The position numbers and the translations under genes were made by a program. Source: the human T2T-CHM13v2.0 reference genome, Homo sapiens. From it: 64,000 nt of DNA. The stretch lies in the NCBI RefSeq assembly GCF_009914755.1, contig NC_060931.1; one strand, written 5' to 3'. This document shows positions 1 to 39,104 of the stretch, piece after piece. The notes under the pieces were generated by a model. The model did not search any database and had not been told where the DNA came from. It worked only from the letters and a program-made list of their open reading frames with translations. Every line of letters starts with the position of its first letter. Position 1 is the first letter of the stretch.

Positions 1-84
1 TCTCCACTGGGAAAAAATAGCAACAGGAAAAATGGCATTTTATCAGGGCCATGTACTGGGAAGATGCTTAACACTGTCTCCATG

Positions 85-1054
<970 letters not shown>

Positions 1055-1057
1055 TGA

Positions 1058-1663
<606 letters not shown>

Positions 1664-1692
1664 CTATAATACATATTATATATTATATATAA

Positions 1693-2003
<311 letters not shown>

Positions 2004-2295
2004 ATCAATTTCTTCATTCCCCCAAAAATAGAAGCCATGGAGGCTCCTGACTGCCTGGTGGCTGCCAATGATTTTTCACCAACAGACCCCTGCCCCTTTT
2101 TTTTTTTTTTTTTAACATCATAAGGCAGCCTCCTGTCTCCTCTGCAGAGCACCTGTTTCACCTTTGTATACAGGACACCTCCAGTGAACTTTGACTCCTC
2201 ATGGTAGCCCTGAGAGCAACTAACCCTGTTCTGCACCTGGGGAAACTGTAGCCCAGATTGTTTAGCCAATGTTCAGTAAGTTAGTGACCAGGTAG

Positions 2296-3663
<1,368 letters not shown>

Positions 3664-4109
3664 GGTAGGGACTAGAAATCTGCTTCCCAAACTCCTACTC
3701 CAATGCTATGCTCTCTGGACACTGTGTCCCAGTCCTGGAAGGAAAGAGAACAAGAAACTCAGATGGCCTGGACTGAGGGCAAAGAAGAGCGAAGCTGGCA
3801 CTGACATCCTCAGAGGCTCCTGCAGGGTCGTGTGTATGAAACCCAAGCCCAAGCTTCATGCCCTGCCCCCCAAAAGCAGGGAATGCACACTGTAGCAAAT
3901 GCTAAGCCAGCTCTCTAGCACGTGAAACAGTCTTGTCCAGAGACAGGAGAGGGCTGCTCTCCAGTGGTTCTTCAAGGCTGCTTTCTCCCTGCCTAGTCTG
4001 AAGGATTGCTTTCTCTTTTCTGCATTTAGTATTTTTGGACTGCGGTTGACCTCGGCTAACTGACTGTTAGTAAGAGGGGAAACCACTGTAGTTCAAAACT
4101 CCAGTCTTG

Positions 4110-4478
4110 GTGGGGCGCTGTGGCTCAGGCCTGCAATCCCAGCACTTTGGGAGGCTGAGGTGGGAGGAGCACTTGAAGCCAGGAGTTCCAGACCAGCCTG
4201 TGCAACACAGCGACATCCCATCTCTACAAAAAATGTAAAGATTAGCCAGGCATGGTGATGTATGCCTGTTGTCCCAGCTGATTGGGAGGCTGAGGTGGGA
4301 GGATTGCTTGAGCAAACCTCCTCTAAACCATGAGTTCAAGACTGCGGTCAGCTATGATTGCACCACTGCACTCCAGCCTGTGCAACAGAGTGAGACTCTG
4401 TCTTAAAAGTAAATAGGCTGGGCATGGTGGCTCACGCCTGTAATCCTAGCAGTTTGGGAGGCTGAGGCAGGAAGATCA
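4110..4478 (+). mobile_element. AluJ plus short Alu 5' fragment
   Basis: Diverged Alu 4110-4410, Alu head 4416-4478. Confidence 0.8.
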
Positions 4479-4886
4479 TCACATTCCCACTTCTGTCCTC
4501 ATCGCCCATCCCTCACCTCCCTTCTCATCCTAGAAGAGCTAAAGGATTGCTTTTATTGATGAACCGTACATTGTATGCGAACACACAGGACCTCAGCGTG
4601 CAGTTTGATGGGTTTAGACACCCATGTAAATGAAACACAATCAGGATACAGCAGTGTCCATGCTCCCAGAAAGCTCCTTCATGTCTCTTTTCACTCAATC
4701 CCCTTCCCCTTGGACTGCAAATAGGAAAGGTTCTGATACTTCCCAGAGCACTCAAACTTTCTGGGTCTCTCTGCCAGCCAGCGGTTCTGGGCAAGCCATC
4801 TACCCATCAGGCTCCTGCGAAACAGCAGTCACCGGCCACTTCCCTAAAGACACAAGTAATCATGCTGTCCACTCTGCTGGCTGTCA

Positions 4887-5298
<412 letters not shown>

Positions 5299-5908
5299 TC
5301 ACGCTCAGTTTATCCGTGGCTAAAATCTGCGGCAAAGCCAGCCCTGATCAAGAGGGTGAGGATGCCTGTAATTACCTTAGCAACAGAACATGCTGTGCAT
5401 TTGAATCACATCATCTCATCCCCATAGCAACACAGAATCGCAGAATCACTGTGCTCTGGAGCCAAGTGGCAACAGCGCTGAGTCCAACCTCTTAGATTAA
5501 AACAAAACCCAACAGAAACAAACAAAAAAAGTCGTTTACCATTCAGATAGCTTTCATAGTCTTGTACTTATTTTTTTGTTGTTGTTTGGAAATAAAATGA
5601 ACTTTGATACCAATAAGATAGCAAGGAACACCCACTTGGGCTGCTGAGTTTTTGGCTGATTTAATCAGAGGCTTTGTCCTATGTTATTAGGAACAAAAAA
5701 GAATTTTTTGATTGATGGAAGTAGAGCGAGTCGGCCAGGGATGAACGTAGAGATGTTGATATCAGAGACCACAGAGCTGTGGCAAGAATTCCTCATTCAT
5801 TTATGAAACACGTCTTCATGAGATTGCATCCTTCTCTGCCTCTGAGGTCGGCGTGCAAAGAACGACCTTCTCTTTTATCAGCTGGGGACTGTAAAAGGGA
5901 AATATGTG

Positions 5909-6215
5909 CCCGGCGCGGTGGTTCACGCCTGTAATCCCAACACTTTGAGAGGCCGAGATGGGCGGATCACGAGGTCAGGAGATCGAGACAATCCTGACTA
6001 ATACAGTGAAATCCCATCTCCACTAAAAATACAAAAAAATAGCCGGGCGTGGTGGCACGCACCTGTAGTCCCAGCTACTCAGGAGGCTGAGGCAGGAGAA
6101 TGGTGTGACCCCGGGAGGCGGAGCTTGCAGTGAACCGAGATCATGTCACTGCACTCCAGCCTGGGCAACAGAGCAAGACTCTGTCTCAAAAAAAAAAAAA
6201 AAAAAAAAAAGAAAG
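5909..6215 (+). mobile_element. AluY/Sc
   Basis: gatcacgaggtcaggagatcgagac, long A tail. Confidence 0.9.
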
Positions 6216-6487
6216 AAATATTTTCTCTGCAGTCTCCTGACACCAACTCCTGGCCTCAAGGAAGTTCTCCAGGGCAGAGGGTAACAATACGAAATGTAAA
6301 CATGGGATGTGGGTGTGGTTCAATACCTCATCCTGATATCGGCTCTACCTTTTGGCTATGTCTTGGTCTAATTCAAAACCATGAACTCTGGGGCAGGGGA
6401 TATCTCAGTAGCCTCCTTAGGAACATGCTACAAGCTGAGATCAACAGAGCAGGGGACATTGGAGGTTGCACTTCAAAGATGAATGGG

Positions 6488-7700
<1,213 letters not shown>

Positions 7701-7959
7701 ATAGATGCTGGGTTTTGCCATGTTGCCCAGGCTGGTCTCAAGCTCCTGGCCTCAAGTGATCCTCCTTGCTCGGCCTTCCAAAGTGCTGGATTACAGGCTG
7801 GAGCCACCATATCTGGGCCTGAAAAAACTATGTCCTCCTGTTACAGGAGCATATTTGACAGGCTCATTTAAATATCCCCACTTCCATCAAGAACTGACCA
7901 AAGCTACCAAGGGTCATGGGGGAGAAATCCACCAGCCTTATCAAACCCCTACAACCCTA

Positions 7960-13595
<5,636 letters not shown>

Positions 13596-13609
<14 letters not shown>

Positions 13610-13757
13610 GACGCGGTGAGCATTGGGAAGAAAGGGACAGGGCACATGCCTTCCTCATGGAAATCATGCAAACATATATTAAAAAAAAAAGACACAGTGA
13701 GCATTGGGAAGAAAGGGACAGAGCACATGCCTTCCTCATGGAAATCATGCAAACATA
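13596..13757. repeat. Tandem duplication, 2 x 81 bp
   Basis: tattaaaaaaaaaagac...catgcaaacata occurs twice with 3 mismatches. Confidence 0.95.
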
Positions 13758-13777
13758 TCTTCTGAAGAAGACCCCAC

Positions 13778-14761
13778 TTTTTTTATTTTTATTTTTTTTG
13801 AGATGGAGTTTCGCTCTTTCACCCAGTGGCATGATCTTGACTCACTGCAACCTCCAACCCCCAGGTTCAAGCTATCCTCCAGCCTCAGCCTCCCGAGTAG
13901 ATGGGGTTATAGGCGCCCACCACCATGCCTGACTAATTTTGGTATTTTTTAGTAGAGACGGGGTTTCGCCATGTTGGCCAGGCTGTTCTTGAACTCCTGA
14001 CCTCAGGTGATCCACCTGCCTCAGCCTCCCAAAGTGCTGGGATTACAGGCATGAGCCACCGCGGCCGGCCAGACCCTACTTTTGAGTGGGGTCTTCTGCA
14101 GATGAGCCTGAGAAGGCCAGCAGGATTAGGTGACCAGGAAGAAAAGAGATCTTTGCATCTTCAGATGTAGGGGAGCACCGCCCATGGCAAATCTAAACAT
14201 GAGCAGCTCCGGGCACCATGAAGTGGGCATAGGAAGATCAAAAGAGACTGAAGAATCTTTCTTTTTTTTTTTTGAGACGGAGTCTAGTTCTGTCACCCGG
14301 GCTGGAATAGAGTGGCATGCTCTCAGCTCACCGCAACCTCCATCTCCAAAGTTCAAGCGATTCTCCTGTCTCAGCCTCCTGAACAGCTGGGATTACAGGC
14401 ATGCATCACCACACCGGCTAATTTTTGTATTTTTAGTAGAGATGGGGTTTCACAGTGTTGGCCAGGCTGGTCTCAAACTCCTGGCCTCAAGTGATCCACC
14501 TGCTGCAGCCTCCCAAAGTGCTGGGATTACAAGCATGAGCGACCATACCCGGCCCAAAAGAAGCTGAAGAATCTTAATTTTAACTTTCAAATTTTATTGA
14601 TGTAATTATTGTTAGAGTCAGGGTCTCGCTCTGTCTCCCAGGCTAGAGTGCAGTGGTGCAATCACAGCTCACTGTAGCCTCCAACTCCTGGCCTCAATCA
14701 ATCCTCCTGCCTTAGCCTCCCAAAGTGCTGCACTTACAGATGTGAGCCACTGTGCCTGGCC
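13778..14761 (-). mobile_element. Three reverse Alus (~13778-14070, 14258-14555, 14610-14761 partial AluJ)
   Basis: Poly-T followed by reverse Alu consensus. Confidence 0.85.
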
Positions 14762-14808
14762 CTTAATTTTTAAAAAAAGCTTATGTATCTCAGAAAATAT
14801 TTCTTTCC

Positions 14809-16252
<1,444 letters not shown>

Positions 16253-16277
16253 TCAGTGAGAGGAAGCAAGGACTGAC

Positions 16278-18069
<1,792 letters not shown>

Positions 18070-18379
18070 TCAGCGGCATGCAGCAGTGTGGTGCGATTGG
18101 AGTCCCTCTGGTTCCTAGAATTGGAGTAAGGGGTCTGGCCTCTGTCCTCCAGGTGCCGGGGAGGGAAGGAAGTAGGGGAACCACACACTCAGTGTCACAG
18201 GAGGGTGTGGCATGGGTGCTGGGAAAAGGTGGTGCTGCCATTTAGGGCAGGAGCTGGTTCCACGTTGACTTGGGGGGATCAGAGAATGCAGATTCCAGGA
18301 GACAGAGTCCAGAGTTTTCAAAGGAAATGGGCAGGTGGTGGCCACTGAGGGCAGTGCCTAGGTTCCTGGCTGCTGAGCT

Positions 18380-18696
18380 TCTTTTATTTTTCTTTGTATC
18401 TTTTTTTTTTTTTGAGAGAGTCGTCTTTCTCTGTCACCCAGGCTGGAGTGCAGTAGCGCAATCTCGGCAGACTGCAACCTCTGCCTACTGGGTTCAAGCG
18501 ATTCTCATGCCTCAGGTTTGCCAGAAGCTGCGTTTACAGACGTGCACCACCATGCCCACCTAATTTTTGTATTTTTAGTCGAAACAGAGTTTCACTATGT
18601 TGGCCAGGCTGGTCTCAAACTCCTGACCTCAAGTGATCCACCCGCCTTGGCCTCCCAGTGTTGGGATTACAGGCGTGAGCCACTGCACTCGTCCTG
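18380..18696 (-). mobile_element. AluS
   Basis: Reverse Alu. Confidence 0.85.
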
Positions 18697-18793
18697 GCTG
18701 AGCTTAAAAATAACACCATATTTCATTAGATCTAGGGCACCATCACCTGTAAGATGCATGTTTCTCTTAGGTACTACTAAGAAAGAGAAATCA

Positions 18794-19464
<671 letters not shown>

Positions 19465-19479
19465 TTAATTTTGCCAACA

Positions 19480-22040
<2,561 letters not shown>

Positions 22041-22095
22041 CAAAAAAAAGCACCTGAAAATATACGTAACTACACCAACAAAAAAGAGAGAGGCC

Positions 22096-22115
22096 ACATC
22101 TCCACATCTTTGTAC

Positions 22116-22147
<32 letters not shown>

Positions 22148-22148
22148 T
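22096..22148. repeat. (GT)n microsatellite
   Basis: ~22 perfect TG units plus a degenerate end. Confidence 0.97.
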
Positions 22149-22536
22149 CGTGCATAGCAGAGGGGGGAAGAAGTGTGTTCGGAGGCACACCTGCTGCCAT
22201 AACGATGGCCGGCAGCTTTAACTACCATGCATTTTTAATCACAGAAGGGTTCAGTGCTCGAATTTCCAGGAGCTGACCACCAGGTCTGAAATTCAGCCTG
22301 GCCCTTCTCTGACATGTGCAGCCTCTTGTCCAATCCTGCCCTGTCCGCCCCACTCCTCTAGTCCTGATCACGGGACTTGAGGTGTTTCCCGGAACAATAG
22401 TCCCATTCCCGCCTCCCAGGAGGGGAGCCCATGCCAAGTCAGCCAGCCTAGGAGGGTCCCCTTGGGTCCAACATGCTGGGAGTTGGTGGCCTCTTGTGGC
22501 CAGAAATAGAATTATCACATATTAAAAATGATCACT

Positions 22537-27058
<4,522 letters not shown>

Positions 27059-27358
27059 GTGACCATTTTTTCTGATAGCAACTCAACTGTTAATTTTATT
27101 GAATGTCCCTTGTATGTGATGAGTTACACTTTTCTTGCTACTTTCACGATTCTCTTTGACTTTCAACACTTTGACTATCATGTGCCTAGCTGTTAATCGT
27201 TTTTTAGTTTATCATACTTGGAGTTCATCAAACTTTTTGAATATTTAGATTAATATTTTTTAAATCGAATTCAGGAAGTTTTCACCCTCTATTTCTTCTA
27301 ATATTCTTTCTCCCCCTCTTCTCAATCCTATCCTTCTGGGATTTGCATTATGCATATA

Positions 27359-27471
27359 CAGATATTCCTCAACTTACAATAGAATTATGTCTTGATAAAC
27401 CCATTTTAAGTTGAAAATATCATAAGTCAAAATGCATTCAATACACCTAGCCTGGCAAACATCATAGTTTA
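27359..27471 (+). mobile_element. MER47/Tigger5-like DNA transposon fragment
   Basis: TA + cagatattcctcaacttacaat...gataaacccattttaagttgaaaatatcataagtcaaaatgcatt. Confidence 0.7.
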
Positions 27472-27818
27472 TGGCCGGGTGCAGTGGATCACGCCTGTAA
27501 TCCCAGCACTTGGAAAGGCTAAGACAGGAGGATCACTTGAGCCCAGGACTTTGAGATCAGCCTGGGCAACATAGGAAGACTCTGTCTCTACAAAAGAAAA
27601 AAAAATTAAATTAAACAATATGGCACTTCTGGAAATCAGATTCCTCTCTCCCCACTCCCTGGGGTTTGCTGTTGTTGTTGCTTGTTGCTGCTGGTGTTTG
27701 TTTAGTGACTTTTCTGGACTTTGTAAAATCTGTGTTCTTTGTTCTGTGCAACCACTGAAGACTTTGCTTAGTTATCTCAGTGGTCAGCTAATAACTGGAC
27801 AGAGATATTCCTAGACGT

Positions 27819-27924
27819 CTACTTGCTTTGGCAGCACATACACTAAAATTAAAATGATACAGAGAAGATTATCTGACCCTTGTGCCAGGATTACACACAA
27901 ATTCGTGAATTATTCCATATTTTT
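27819..27924 (+). pseudogene. Retroposed full-length U6 snRNA pseudogene (RNU6-nP type)
   Basis: Aligns end to end with U6 (..tttggcagcacatacactaaaatt..gatACAGAGAagatta..caaattcgtgaa..ttccatattttt) with many substitutions, an A-rich tail and no PSE/TATA; sits inside old L1 sequence. Confidence 0.93.
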
Positions 27925-28402
27925 AAAAAAATGATTTAAAAAATTAAAAAGTGATCTTTTTAAATGCTTTAGACCATTAAGTTTCCCAGCATTTGCTGAC
28001 AAACTCTGTGTGTGTTGAGGCATGTTTTCAATACTCCAGCAAGCAACTTACAACTCTGCCTTAGCCTTCATTTCCTCTTGTGCAGACACTCAAGGTCAGC
28101 CAGAGGTGAGAGTTTAGGACCTTCTCAGGTCTTCCTGGGTGTGCGCACAGCCCTGTACATGCACGTAGCCCACTAGATTCTCAGAAACACAGCAGGGGTT
28201 TTTTAAAGTATCTTATTGGCGTCTCTTTTCCCAGTTATTCCTTTAAAAAATTTTTGATCAAGCCAGGCGCAGTGGCTCACGCCTGTAATCCCAGCACTTT
28301 GGGAGGCCGAGGCAGGGGATCACAAGGTCAGGAGATCGAGACCATCCTGGCTAACATGGTGAAACCCCATCTCTACTAAAAATACAAAAAATTAGCCGGG
28401 TA

Positions 28403-28537
28403 TGGATGTCTGGAGCCCATTCCTTTGGCTTCAACTTTTCAGACAGTGTTATCTTGTAACTGTCCTTGAAGTGAGCTGCTAAGCAGAGGAAAACTTGTTC
28501 TTCTTTTCTTTTTAACCCTTGCCTTGCCACGGTTACA
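28403..28537 (-). mobile_element. ERV1-class LTR terminal fragment (LTR6/HERV-S71-like, tentative) fused to a truncated AluY (28261-28405)
   Basis: Reverse complement starts TGTAACCG, an LTR-type terminus, and contains aaggaatgggctccagaca. Confidence 0.55.
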
Positions 28538-29084
28538 CCACATCAGGTAGTTGAAATGTTAAACAATTGCCACTGATTGTTTTGGACAAATGCCTTGGGC
28601 ATAGGGCTATTTGCACAGATACTGGCAAACTCTTGGATCAAATAAAGACAAGCTTTGAGAATAGCATTTTTCAGCAAACTGGCAGACAAGTCAAATAGTG
28701 ACAGTTTTTGGGGGATGGGGCTTTTAGGGAGCTCCAAGCCCAGCCTGCCTCTTCCAGTGACTGGCAAGATGCTTGTTTTCACAGCTACCATGGTTAAAAG
28801 CCAGCCTATTTTCATGGATCTGGAAGAGAGGGATGCTTTTAGAGCAAATTAAAATGGCACAAAATCAGTGTTTATACTGAGATTCAGCCCTCTTACTTGA
28901 ACATATACTCTTCAAATTGTTGCAAGCCTTTAGATAATTTCCAGGTCTGAAGAAATTGATTTTGACCATTTTTGTCAGCATTCTCTTTGCTTATATGGAG
29001 GAGTGAGTTTTTGGAGATTCTTGCTCCACTATTCTGGAAGCATTTCCTTTTATCCATTCAATATTTTTTGTTTCCATTGCCATT

Positions 29085-30637
<1,553 letters not shown>

Positions 30638-30654
30638 ATAGCCCTTCTTTTTAA

Positions 30655-30740
30655 AGAAACTAATGCTCAGCGAGGTTAAGTGACTGATGTAAAGTCATAT
30701 ATCCCCGGAGAACCAAGCCAGGGTTTGAACCCCAACACAC
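30655..30740. mobile_element. MIR fragment
   Basis: aaactaatgctcagcgaggttaagtgact...ccagggtttgaaccc MIR core. Confidence 0.65.
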
Positions 30741-31291
30741 CTGTTTGATATGAGTGTTCTGCATGTCCAGCCCTTCCTCCACTCATGTACCCTTTCACTC
30801 CAGTCCTTAGTTCCCTCCTCCACACCAGCTGTTTATCCCACAAGTTTATTTAGGCACTGATCTGTGGGAGGATTGCTCAGCTCCGAAGCTAGCAAATAAG
30901 GAGACTCCACGCACCTGCAGATGAGGGTTCTGCTCTCAGGTTGAAAGCAGAAAGTCTCTTCTCTCTGAGCTGGGCATCGGGCCGGTCACCCGGAGGAATC
31001 CCAAAGTGATGATAGAAGGCCCTGAGCATCCTTCCTGCTCTCCATGCCATCAGGAATGTCAGCTGATGCTGTCTCCAGGTGAGCCGAGACATGCAGGTGC
31101 ATTCCTGCGTCACACGCAGGTCACGTCCCTGGCAGAAACCCAGCCTGCTCTCCAACAACACCCTTCTGGCAGTTCCCAATACCACGCAGATGATAGAGCA
31201 ATTAAACAAAAGCTGGATGAGTGAGCAGCGGCTCTCAGCTCCAGCCCATCCTGGCCACCAGAAAAGGAGGACCAGGGTTTAGTTCTTGAGG

Positions 31292-31370
31292 TGAAACCAG
31301 CCCAATTGTCCCCATGGAACTGATGTTTATGGTTTCTTTGAATAAACATAGAAATTGATCCTCCCAGTCT
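31292..31370 (+). mobile_element. ERV1-class LTR 5' fragment
   Basis: tgaaaccagcccaattgtccccatggaactgatgtttatggtttctttgaataaacatagaaattga; truncated by reverse AluS 31370-31691. Confidence 0.6.
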
Positions 31371-31691
31371 TTTTTTTTCTTTCTTTTTTTCTTTTTTTTT
31401 TTTTTTTTTTTGAGACAGAGTCTCATTCTGTCACCCAAGCTGGAGTGCAGTGGTGTAGTCTCAGCTCACTGCAATCTGCCTCCTGGGTTCAAGCGATTCT
31501 TCTGCCTCAACCTCCTGAGTAGCTGGGATGACAGGCACCCTCCACCATGCCCGGCTAAGTTTTGCATTTTTAGTAGAGATGGGGTTTCACCATGTTGTCC
31601 AGGCTGGTATCGAACTCCTGACCTCAAGTGATCCACCTGCCTCGACCTCCCAAAGTGCTGGGATTACAGGCGTGAGCCACCGCGCCCAGCC

Positions 31692-35420
<3,729 letters not shown>

Positions 35421-35815
35421 TGATTTCCAATGCGTTCTTGACCCTATAATTAGAATTAACTTCTGTAAGCACTCATTAGATCGTTCCACTTTCCTGCCTG
35501 TCTTTAACGGCAGACCATTGCTCTTATGGACAATAATCAGATAATGGTCAGTTCCTTGCGTAACAATACGCAGCTTGATCTGGCCACCTCCTGTCTCTCC
35601 TGCCAAATCTTGCCTTGTGTCTGCCTTTCCACTCTGAACATAGAGTTCTTTGGACAGGTCACACCCTCATCCTCAAGCCCTTCCCATATAGAGTGTTTTC
35701 ATGCCCTTAGACTAGTTACTCAAACTTCAGGTCTCATCTCTTCCAGGAGCCTTCTCAATAGCACAGTCCCTGTCCCTTAAATATAGGTTGTGTGACTTCT
35801 ATATATGCATTCATG

Positions 35816-37755
<1,940 letters not shown>

Positions 37756-38033
37756 CATTGAGTGTTATTAAGAGGAGGGTACGCAGAAAACAGACTCCCG
37801 CCAGCTCTGCCCCATGCGCATGAGCGGCCGCCGCTCGCCCTCAGCCAGGCCCAGCGCGCCCCGACGCGTCCCCACGCCTGCGTGATCCACCGGAACCCAA
37901 GCCCAGGCAGGCGGTGAGAGGGCGGGGCCTCCGCAGTGCGACTGCGCCGCTCGAGGCCGTGCGTCGCGGGGGCGGGGCCGCGCAGGCGTACCGGGTGCCC
38001 CGGCTCTGGAGCATAAACAAGAGCGGGGACGGG

Positions 38034-38108
38034 ATGAGGCGGCGGTTGATCCCAGGGTGGCGAGTGGCGGCGACCGAGGCGGCGAGCGGGGCCCGGCGCC
38101 GACCCTGA
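38034..38108 (+). other. Upstream ORF (24 aa) in the probable WIPI2 5' UTR
   Basis: gggATGa at 38034; MRRRLIPGWRVAATEAASGARRRP-TGA; same frame as the main ATG (141 nt apart). Confidence 0.6.
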
Positions 38109-38174
38109 GTGCAGCCTGACCCGCCCTCGCGCGCGCGCCCTCCCCGGCCGGGCCCACTCGCCGCGCGCCCAGCC

Positions 38175-38248
38175 ATGAACCTGGCGAGCCAGAGCGGGGA
38201 GGCCGGCGCCGGCCAGCTGCTCTTCGCCAACTTCAACCAGGACAACAC
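38175..38248 (+). CDS. WIPI2: WIPI2 coding exon 1 (WD-repeat phosphoinositide-interacting protein 2; Atg18/PROPPIN family)
   Basis: gccATG at 38175 translates [24 protein letters not shown](T), the recognised WIPI2 N-terminus. 74 nt, ends AC|gtaagg (phase 2), inside a CpG island. Confidence 0.98.
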
Positions 38249-38727
38249 GTAAGGCCGGGGTCGGGGGTCGGAGTCGGGGTGAGGCCAGGGTCGGACCCGG
38301 GCTAGGGGGAGGGCCTCGCTGCCAAGCTCGGCGGCGTCGCAGGCTCGGCCTCCCCGCGGGCCAAGGCGCGCAGAGGCGTCCCCAGGGGCGGGCCCGGGGC
38401 GTGCAGGGAGGGGCGCCCTCCAGGGAGACCCTCGGGTGCTGGCCTGGAGCTGCGGTCCCGGAGCGGGAGAGGTGGTGGAGAGGGGGCTGCTTTCACTCTC
38501 TTGCGGGGAGGCCCCCTGGCTTCAGACTTAACTACTTCTCGCAAAGTTGGGGCCGAACTTTGGGGCTTGACTTGTCTTGGCCGCCTGTGGAGCGCTGGGT
38601 GTGGGTCGCTTCCTCTCCTCTCGTCTCCTCTTCCCGCTGCTTGCTCAGCGTCTCCCACTCACTCTCCTTTGAATCAGGCCCTTCTCCTTGTCTTTTCATC
38701 GTCTTAAGACCCTTCTCTCTCTCTTGA

Positions 38728-39104
<377 letters not shown>

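Larger units (their letters stand above)
27059..29040 (-). mobile_element. Old L1M (ORF1 and 5' region), antisense, hosting MER47-like, FLAM, U6, Alu and LTR insertions
   Basis: T-rich antisense ORF1-like DNA (27060-27355); 27620-27700 is reverse-complement-similar to 25690-25750. Confidence 0.65.
37790..38470 (+). promoter_or_regulatory. CpG-island promoter / 5' UTR of WIPI2
   Basis: Abrupt very high GC and CpG density; GC boxes GGGCGGGGCC near 37920 and 37970; NRF1-like ATGCGCATGAGC near 37815; no TATA box; repeat-free. Confidence 0.93.

Noticed and set aside
22484-22502. CTCF-like motif (reverse tggccacaagaggccacca)
   Set aside because: Two mismatches in the core; cannot be supported without ChIP data.
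27819-27924. Functional U6 gene
   Set aside because: No PSE/TATA, mutated catalytic region, A tail, embedded in L1.
31104-31120. Perfect 7-bp hairpin cctgcgt-cac-acgcagg
   Set aside because: Expected by chance in 64 kb.
37768-38727. Overlapping 100-135 aa ORFs on both strands at the promoter
   Set aside because: Expected stop-codon depletion in a CpG island; low-complexity R/P/A/G content and no homology recognised.
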